A DNA stretch of 64,000 nucleotides from Macrostomum lignano (lineage: Eukaryota): the NCBI GenBank assembly GCA_002269645.1, contig NIVC01000622.1, positions 124,001-188,000 on the forward strand. The letters run 5' to 3'. Under the pieces are notes generated by a model. It did no database searches. It was given only the letters and a program-made list of their open reading frames with translations, and was not told where the DNA came from. The position numbers and the translations under genes were made by a program. Positions within the stretch are counted from its first letter, which is position 1. Every line of letters begins with the position of its first letter. Positions 24,223-33,150 of this stretch are shown piece by piece.

Positions 24223-24990
24223 CAAAAATTTATTTATTTATTCAAAAATGCCCTACTAAGCGATGCATATGTACAGCATTCATTTTTATTGGCGATCGGC
24301 TACCCGAAACCACCGGTTGAATCGGCAGCTGAGGACGGTTGCACCAGCGCTTCCAGTGGCGTGTCAAGTCTGTGTGGGTGCGTCTTGGGGCATCAGATTT
24401 CGGGAACTCGGGAGCATCGCGTCTAGGCACAGGCCAGCAAGTACTGTACCCTGTATACCCTACTATACCGCACCGCTAAGGCCAGGGGTAGATTCAAGGA
24501 TACAACACTCACTTTTCTGAAGATTTAAACCGCACCGAGGCTCACGAACGGACAGAAAAAGCCGGATTGCGATGAAAAATAGGAGCCAATCGAAATGAGA
24601 TCAAAAACAGAGGGCAGGGGCACAACTGGGCTATTTGTGCTAACAAGCTGCCCAGTTGGATGAAGGACAAACAGTCCATGGTTTGAAGGCTCTAAAGCTT
24701 CAACATAACAGCTTCAATTTACCTCTCAACATTCCTAAAATACAGTGGATATGTAGCAGAATAAAGGCAGATGAAGAAATAAGTAAATCATTGCATGATT
24801 TAGAATGAACAGCAGCAATAAGAGGTCGTGCTCGAGTTCTCGATATCATTTTCTACACTCTAATTTTGAGTTAAGCTTCAAACATTATTTTTATCCTGAA
24901 TCCTGATCCCCAGAGCAGTCTCCGGGCTTTAAGATGGGCTCACCTAGAAAATAACCGCTAGGTTTAACATGCATCCATATATGCACTGTA

Positions 24991-26620
24991 TGTTGCGATT
25001 TCAGGACCGGTTTTACCTGCCAGCCGTACACCCAGGTGGAACAAGCCAATGACTACGCCCGGTACAAAATACAAGTGGCCGAGCTTTTTGACCGATTTCC
25101 GGTGCACCGGGTGGTCCGATTTGACCGCGACTACCGCCAGCACCGCGCCGCCAACAGTCTTCGCTGGGGCAAAGACTGTTCCCAGATGTCTATTAGGCAC
25201 CTGCTCAGCACCAAGACTAACCAGCAGAACCAGACAGTCAGGCGCCTCCAGCCTAACAAGAACCGCGTCGTTGGGCCGTGAACATCTTCGGGTCATAAGC
25301 TATGTCTGTCTTTCAACAGCACCAACGGATGCTCAGAGACGAACTGCCGCTTTCTGCATGCCTGCCGAGTCTGCGAGGGCAACCACTCCGAGAAGAATCA
25401 CCCAAAAAACTGAGAAAGCGCGCCGATTGTGTGCACATGATCTATTTCACGCCTTCTGATTTTAACAACCCGACGCAGCCTTCTCGGCGGCAGGCCTCTT
25501 CAGGCCGCTTACCCAAATCTCAGATCTGACGCGGCCGTCTGTTGATCTACGAATAGATGCCTGGCGCCTGGAGCTCGCCGGCGACCACGACGCTGATTTT
25601 ATTCTTCACGGCATCGAACATGGCTTTCTTATCGCTGATGACCTTAATTTTGCGCCCTGTTTTCTCCGCAACTACCAATCCGCCTACCAGAAGCGCGACC
25701 AAGTCCAAGCAGCCCTAGAAGAAGAAATCCGTCTGGGCAGATACATCCCGGTGGCGGACAAGCTTACGATAGTCTGCACGCTCGGCGCAATTCCTAAGGA
25801 CAGCGCCAGCATCCGGCTGATCCACGACTGCTCCGTTCCTCACGGCCAAAGCCTGAACGACCACTAAGCCCAGCAGCGCAAGATCCGCTTCACTTCTGTC
25901 GATGAGGCCGTCGGGTTGATGCAGCCGGGCTGGTTCATGGCGAAGGTTGACATTGCGTCCGCCTACCGTGCTGTGCCTATTTTTCCGCAGTGCTACCAAG
26001 CCACCGGGATCCACTGGAACTTCGGTAACGGGCGCTCAGCTTGCATAGTGGACACGCGCCTGCCATTCGGCAGTCGTGCCTGTCATCATCTTCCATCGTC
26101 TCACTCAAGCGGTCCAGCGTATGGTGTGCTGCAAACGCTTCCTAGCCACCATCGTCTTCATCGATGACTTTCTTGTCATGGCAAGGACAGAAGCTAAATG
26201 CAACCGCCTTCATTGTTGGACTGTGGGCCATGCTGCGACGGGCCAATCTGTGTGTCGCCGGTCGGTTTGACCCCCTTCGAGACCTCAGCGCGAGCTGCAT
26301 CAGGCCGGCTAGTGCCGGCGCTATTCTCGTCATTCCGAGGTCGAAGACCAACCAGTTTGGTGCACGCCAGCACCGTGTCTTTTGGCTGCGGCTCCCAGCC
26401 CCCAGCGTTGGCATGCTTGGCAAATTTCTTTTCTTGTGTGCTTACCTTTACCATCTTCAGTTCCCTTCTGCTTTTATCCCTCTGCTTTTACCCCATTGCT
26501 TGTAATACTTCAATTTCGCGTCAAATACACTCGCTCTCACTGGGCTCGTTTCGCCCGCCTTCTCGCCGCCACCTCTGTTTCTTCTTGTTCCTTTCGGTCC
26601 GGTTGGCTAACTAGCTCTAT
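24991..26620 (+). mobile_element. Tyrosine-recombinase retrotransposon (DIRS order, Ngaro-like), multiply deleted
   Basis: ORF1 RFDRDYRQHRAANSLRW and Cys/His finger CLSFNSTNGC..CRFLHACRVCEGNH. RT RLIHDCS, AKVDIASAYRAVP, TRLPFGSR, FIDDFL. Recombinase fragment AMLRRANL..FDP..IPRSKTNQFG. Confidence 0.85.
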
Positions 26621-26854
26621 ATAAGTTTATTAATTCAGTTCTATTTCAGTTCAATCGACTTTCGAGTGGTCCTTGGATATTTCTTTATTGAATAATTTTT
26701 AAAACACCAGTTAAAGATTTTTAATATACATTTGGCAGTTTAAAAAGTTCTTTGTCGATAGTCTGCAAATTGTTTTGGACCTCTTAGTGTATTTCAAAAA
26801 TAAATGTTACAATAACAGCATTAAGAGTCGTCCAAAAATTCATCGCCTTGTTTC

Positions 26855-27583
26855 TCAGCCACGCTGGTAGAGAGCCCAGTCTGGTCCGGTTAGGCTGGCT
26901 GGCGGGTAGGCGAACGCCAGCAGGCGGCAGGCGAGCAGCCGCTTGGTGAAAACGGCGGCCTGGCAGTCGGCTCTGGCGCTGCACTTGGCCAGGCAGAACA
27001 TGACGGATGGGGCAGCGGTCGGCCAGAACGAGGTCTTGCGGGTCACCACAGTGAGGGCGGAATGCTTCAACATCTTGTAGATGTTTTTGTCTGAAAGATT
27101 TTTTAGGAATTTCTGCGTAATTATCTTTGTGGTCAATATTTTTGTGGGTAGTTTATTTTGTCCATTTTGTTTTACTCCTCCTAACTTACTCGGGTAGGTC
27201 AAAGCAAAAACTGAGTTGGTGTTCCAGCCTCCGCAAAGTTGCAGAGGGTTTCCAGCGCACTTATATCGGCACTTGCTCTCGCTAAGTTTTCCATGCGATC
27301 CATAGCTTGTGCCGCAGAAGCACTGCTTTCTGTTCTGCACTCCGAAATAGGGGAAGCCGCCCAGAGAACAGAGGTCGCTGCAGAACTCGAGCGACATGTC
27401 ATCGTTATTTATTATGCCGATATTGGGATCGATGCTGTAAGGCCCCAGATTTTTCAATCCTTTCAGCGCGGTCAAGTCTCTGTTGGAGTTGCCACCGTCT
27501 TGGTAGCATCCGACGTACGAGATTTGAGCAACCCTGCCTGCAGCACAGGTCAGTAGAGCGCACAGCAACAGTGACTGAAACAT
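26855..27583 (-). CDS. Secreted WSC + PAN/apple-like protein, copy 4 (exons 27583-27190 and 27090-26855)
   Basis: Paralogous sequence. 99-nt phase-1 intron GTAAGT(27189)..TTTCAG(27091), which is also in frame and stop-free (242-aa read-through ORF). Confidence 0.85.
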   Translation of the reverse strand: MFQSLLLCALLTCAAGRVAQISYVGCYQDGGNSNRDLTALKGLKNLGPYSIDPNIGIINNDDMSLEFCSDLCSLGGFPYFGVQNRKQCFCGTSYGSHGKLSESKCRYKCAGNPLQLCGGWNTNSVFALTYPSKLGGVKQNGQNKLPTKILTTKIITQKFLKNLSDKNIYKMLKHSALTVVTRKTSFWPTAAPSVMFCLAKCSARADCQAAVFTKRLLACRLLAFAYPPASLTGPDWALYQRG

Positions 27584-28069
27584 GCAAATGCTTTTTTAGA
27601 AGTACTAGTGGCTTTAATTTTTATGAGAATATCTTAATGCGTCACATTGCATGTGTCAAAACTTTATAGCTTCTAGAGAGCACTGGCTAAAATAATGAAG
27701 AGCTTTCTATCCAATCAGCTTGGATCTACAATTTGCTAGATAGTATTTTAAGGATAGAAGCTAGATGAAGGCAGTCGCCCTGTCAATTCGCATTCATAGC
27801 TAGTTTAACAGCAACTAAGCAGATCAACGTAAACTAAAAACTAAATTTTGATCTGATTGCTATTGTTTCGATTTTTTTCCGAAGATAAGGCAAAGAACTG
27901 CTTTTAAATAGTAACAGGCACTGTAGTGGAATATTACTATGGCTTTTCCTTTTTTGTTTATGATGTCCCATAGTTTCGAATCTTTAAAAATGTTCTGTTT
28001 CTGGAAAATACCTTTAAAATTATAAGCAGCAACCGCTTTACAGATACTAAAAGTTTTAGGAGAACGCAA

Positions 28070-28930
28070 TTGTTTTCGCTGGTGTGTTTGCCAGCAAAAG
28101 TTTGCCCCGCGTCAAGTTTCCTCCGAGTGAAATTTTTGCGCCGTGAGTCTCTCGTGACAGTTTTGTTCCCAACCAAGGTGTTGGCACTCCTCTAGCGCCA
28201 CCAAATCCACTGGCGCTTTTAGGTTTTTTCTGCCTCCTGGTAGAGAATCATAAGATAAGAATAGCTACAATGCTCATACGCATGATTTACATTTACGCAA
28301 GTTTTATACAGGCTGTAGCAGCGTAGCAACAAGCGTAATATAGGTTTTCAAGAGGATTTTTGTCTCTTTGTTCTCTGGAACTCAATAAGTACTCTTAGAA
28401 CCTAGATTTTTGAATTCCTAGTGTGCAAACTGCTAAGTATTGACAGCAAAACCTCGGCTGGAAAACTTTGCTGGGGGGAGAACTTCCTTCGGAAAAACCT
28501 CCTGCAGGAAAATTCAATAGCTAGGTAAACAGCTTGCAGTAATATCATAGATCCAAATGCTTTCTTTAATGTCTCAATGACTTTTGCAGGATGATGCCCG
28601 CTAATTCAAATTCGGCGAAAGCAAATTCAGCGACTATATCAAGCCAATTTCGTTGCCCATATGTACGCCACATTCTCATTTTATGATTATCTAAAGGAGT
28701 CAGGAAAAAAGCCTCTAGTTGATTCAGAGGCTCTAGTAGGGCGCCAAAACATCGCCGGGAGAATATCTGTTGGCGGGAAAACCATATGCAGGAGACCCGC
28801 CTGCGGAAAATCCAGTGCTCCCTTCAGGCTCACTCTTCAGGCTTCAGTTTTGGCTTCTGTTGGTTTTGTAATACAACTCTGCAAAACCGGATGCAGGCAA
28901 ATTTTGCGACAAGCAAATACGGCGAAAACT
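28070..28930. repeat. Degenerate ~15-bp periodic GC+AAAA motifs in opposite orientations (DNA-transposon subterminal-like)
   Basis: xxGGCGAAAA / GCAGGAAAA / GCTGGAAAA-type units at 28450-28930 and their complement (TTTTCGC, TTTGCC) at 28070-28170. Confidence 0.3.
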
Positions 28931-28936
28931 CTTTTA

Positions 28937-31900
28937 TGTAGCTGTAATGACTTAGAAGTAAATCTTGACGTTTAGTCCAAAGCTCTGCCTCGGAGCGGAT
29001 CCCGTGAGCAAGCAGGCAGTCAGTAAAACCGTGGAGAGACCGAGGGGGTCATGTTTGCCGTTATATTTCTGGGCTCTGGGGCCCGAACCGTATGGCCTGC
29101 TGTGGCACGAACATGAACGTACAGGGGATGCGCAGCATGAAGCAATGAGGAGCGTGCAGTAGGGGTGACTCGGGTGAGTCAGTGAGGGGAACAATCGGTG
29201 CTGCTTAGTCAGTGGGAGAACGCATACTGGCCCTGCTGCGGAGGGTCCGCAGCCCAGGCCAGGACATCTCCCCCTCAGGCTGGTGCTCAGCCGAGTCGAA
29301 GTCGGTCAGGAGGTACCCTGGCTCGCTCGGGGTACCGCCGGGCCGGCGAGCCCGCCGCAGGCTTCACAATGCCATCGCCAGGCCCGGGGCCGGGCGCCAG
29401 GTGTCCGTCGGAAGAGCCGTCCTGGTGGGCCGCAGGCAGGTCGGGAGCGGCGGTCTCGGCAGTGGCTGCGGCTGGCAGGTGCACCGTTGGCTCCGAGCTG
29501 CGAGTCGGCAGCGACAGCAGCTGGTCGGCGTGCCGCCGTGTCAGAGAGCCGCCTGCGCTCACCGTGCAGTTCCGGGCCCCGGCCGACTCGACGGTGCCCT
29601 CTTGCCAGCGGCTGCTCGCGTGGCTGCCGTAGTCACGCAGCAGCACTCGGTCTCCGGGTCGAAACGTCCTGGCCGGCCCTGGCGACTGCTGGAGCGCTAC
29701 CTCCTGCTGCCGTTGACGGTTGCTGACGAGCGATGGCGTCAGCAGGTCCAGCCGAGATCGCAGTCGGCGCCCATAGAGCGGCTAGCTGACTGGGAGCTGC
29801 GCCTGTGGCCAAATGCGGCGTGTTGCGATAGGCGAGTAGGAGCTGCTGCAGAGCTTTCTGACAGTCCCGATTTCTTTAAATGCTGCTTCAGCACCTTGAC
29901 GAACCGTTCGGCTTGCCCGTTGATCGCATGATGAAACGGAGCTGAAGTCACATGCTTGATGCCGTTGAGACGCAGGAACTCGCTGAATTCGGATTACGTG
30001 AACTGAGCTCCGTTGTCAGACACCAGAGTCCGCGGTAGACCCTGGCGCGCGAAGATCTCGCGAAGGCAGCTGATGGTTGCGCCTGACGTCGTGCTGGTCA
30101 GCTGCTTCACCTCCAGCCACTTACTGTGCGCGTCGATAAGCACCAGGAAGGTGCGGGCGTTGACAGGGCCAGCAAAATCGATGTGTAGCCGGGACCACGG
30201 CTCCGATGGGAAGGGCCACGGGTGCACAGGCGCCTTGGGCGGGTCGGCCTGGTTGAGCCGGCAGGTTTCGCACGCCTTGACGAAGTCCTTCACGTCCTTG
30301 TCCAGCCCTGGCCACCACACGTAGCTGCGAGCGAGCGCCCGCAGGCGGCTGGCTCCAAGGTGGGCCTGGTGCAGTTCGCTGAGGACCTTCGAGCGGAGGG
30401 CGGACGGAACGATGACTCTGGACCCCCAAAGCAGGCAACCCTGCTCTTCTGATGTTCAGCTCGTGCTGTCGGCCAGAGAACGCTTCGAGGCCCCCTGCAG
30501 CTGGGATCCGGGCGCCCGACTGCAGACACAGCAGCACTCTGCCGAGCTGCGCGTCCGTCCGCGTCCTCTGCGAGATCACCTTTGCCGTCAGGGCCGAACC
30601 GACATCTTCGTCGATGAAGAGGCAGTTCACAGCTGGCTCCTCGATGAACTGGGTGCCGAGCGGAAGGCGAGAGAGCGAGTCGCAGTTGCCGTGCCGCGCC
30701 GTTGGTCTGAACTCCAGGCTGTAGTCGCAGCTGGCGAGCCGGATGGCCCAGTGCTGCATGCGAGCTGCGGGGTGTGCTGGGATGGCCTTGCGCTCACCAA
30801 GCAGTCCAAGTAGGGGCTGGTGGTCCGTCAACGATGACAAAGTGCCTGCCGTACAGGAACTGGTGGAACCGGTGCAGGCCGAACATAATGGCGAGCGCCT
30901 CTTTGTCCAGCTGCGCATAGTTGTGCTGAGCGGTGGTCAGGCTGCGGCTCGCTAAGGCAATCGCCTGCCCCTGGCCGCCGATCTTGTGCGACAGGACCAC
31001 CCCCAAACCGTATGGCGAGGCTTTGCACTCCAGGTACAGTGGCAAGTCTGGGTTGTAGTGCACGAGCGCGCCCGAGGACAGCAGCAGTTGCTTGGACTGC
31101 TCGAATGCTCGCTGCTGCGCGTCACCCAGGACCACTTGGTGTTCTTGGTCAGCAGCAGGTTCATCGTCGCCACTACCGCAGACAGGTGCGGCATGAACTT
31201 CGAGTAGTGGGTCAGCATGCCGAGGAAGGCGCGCAGCTGGCTGACGTCTTTTGGTGCCGGCGCGTTCTGCACCGCTGCGACCTTGTCTGGCAGAGGCTTC
31301 AGGCCATGCGCGTCGATTCGATGACCGAGGTACTCGACGGAGTCTTGAAAGAACAGGCACTTGGACCTGTTCAGTCGAAGGCCAGCGTCCTTGAGACGCT
31401 GCAGCACGCTGGTCAGGTTCTGTCTGTGCTGCACCTGAGTCTTGCCCGTGATGAGAATGTCGTCTACGAACACTTGGACGCCGTCGAGGTCACCCAACAG
31501 CGTCTCCAGTGTGCGCTGAAAGATAGCGCTGGCTGAGTTGATGCCGAAGGGCAGTCTGTTGAGCTGAAACAGACCTCGCGGCGTGTTGATGACCAAGTAG
31601 GCTCGGCTCTCCTCGGACAGCGGCAGCTGTAGAAATGCGTTGGACAAGTCGAGCTTTGTCCACTTGCAGCCTCCACCGAGCTTGGCGAAGATGTCCTCGA
31701 TGCGGGGAAGCGGGTAGTGCTCGGCTTGGCCGCGGCGTTGAACGTCACCTTGTAGTCGCCGCTGATGCGGATCTCGCCGTTCGCCATCACTACTGGGACA
31801 ATGGGAGCCGCCCAGTCTGAGTGCTTGATGGGCGTGATGATGCCTTGGGTCTCAAGTCGTCTCAGCTCCTCTTCCACCCGCTCCCTCAGAGCGTACGGGA

Positions 31901-33150
31901 CCGGCCTGGCCTTGAAAAACCGCGGTGTGGCCTGCTCGTCCACCTGCAGCTTGACTTCGCCATGGCGATAGCATCCGAGTCCGTCAGCGAAGACCTCGGA
32001 GAACTGCTGCGTCAGGTCAGTGGTGTCAGAGCTGGTGCTGACTGAGTTGACCTGAGCCATGATTGCGTGCCAGTCCAGTCTTAGTCGAGCCATTCATTCT
32101 CGTCCTAGGATAGCGACACTGCCCTGGGAGACCACGAGCAGCGGGAGGATTGCCTTCTGGCCATTGTGACTGACAGCGACTCTGGCTTCACCTAGCGGCT
32201 TGAACTGCTCGTTGGTGTATGTGCGTAACACAATCGCCGTTGGCTGTAGACGCAGTCCTGGGAGCCGCTCATCCCCCATTTTCTTTGGGATCATCGTGAC
32301 GGCTGATCCGGTGTCCAGCTCGAACGGGCAGTCGCGACCGTCCACCTCCAAAGTGACCGTCAAGGATCCGGACGATCGAGGTCCGACGTAGAGGATCGAG
32401 TCCTGGCTGTCAGTGTCCTGGTCCGACGCAGCTGCGGCGGAGTCCAGTTGCTTGACCCTGGCTGACCTGCAAACCTTCTGGATGTGGCCTGTCTTCCCGC
32501 AGGCGTGGCACTTGGCGTCGCGGAATTTTCAGCTCTGTCGATAGTGACGGCTACCGCAGCTGGCGCACGGCTGCTTCTGGTGTGGGTGCGGTGACGCTGA
32601 GCTGCGAGTCAGGAGCTGCGGCCTCTCGTGCTTACGCGTCCGTCCGCTGCCAACATCCTGCTGATCGTTGCGACGGTCTCTGGCGTTCTGGGCGCGATCT
32701 TGCTCGCGTAGCGCTGCGCTGCCTCCATCGATGACACCGTCGCGACCATCAGGGCGTAAGTCAGCTTTGAGATTTCCAGCAGTTTTGAGCGGATGGCGTC
32801 GTTCCTGAGACCGAAGACGGCCTGGTATCGAAGTCTCTCCTCCAGTGCCATGCCAAAGTTGCAGTGCAGAGTGGCTGCCTTCAGCCCTGTAAGGAAGGTG
32901 GCGAAGTCCTCTCCCGGCAACTGCATTCTCTGCTGGAACTTGAAGCGTGCGGCGATCTCGGATGGCGCTGGAGCGTAATGGTCTTGCAGAATTTTCTTTT
33001 AGCCGTCGTATGACCTTTCTGAAACCTTGTCCGGCTGAAATAGGTTGCGAAGCACCGTGTAGGCGGTTTCTCTTATAGCAGTGCAAAGTGTGGCCACTTT
33101 GGTGGGCTCCTCAGTGACTTTAGCGAATACGAAGTATTGTTCGAGTCTCT
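28937..33150 (-). mobile_element. Gypsy (Mag-like) retrotransposon A: gag-pro-RT-RH-IN and 3' LTR, 5' end missing
   Basis: Gag ERLEQYF, CHACGKTGHIQKVC. Protease ELDTGS. RT LPFGINSASAIFQ, VFVDDIL. RNase H ASPYGLG, YAQLDKEAL, TDHQPL. Integrase WWPGL, CETC, LHIDFAGP, SDNGAQF. Tail PPDRL. PPT GAGGGGAGA then TGT at 29266. Several frameshifts. LTR outer end is tentative. Confidence 0.93.
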
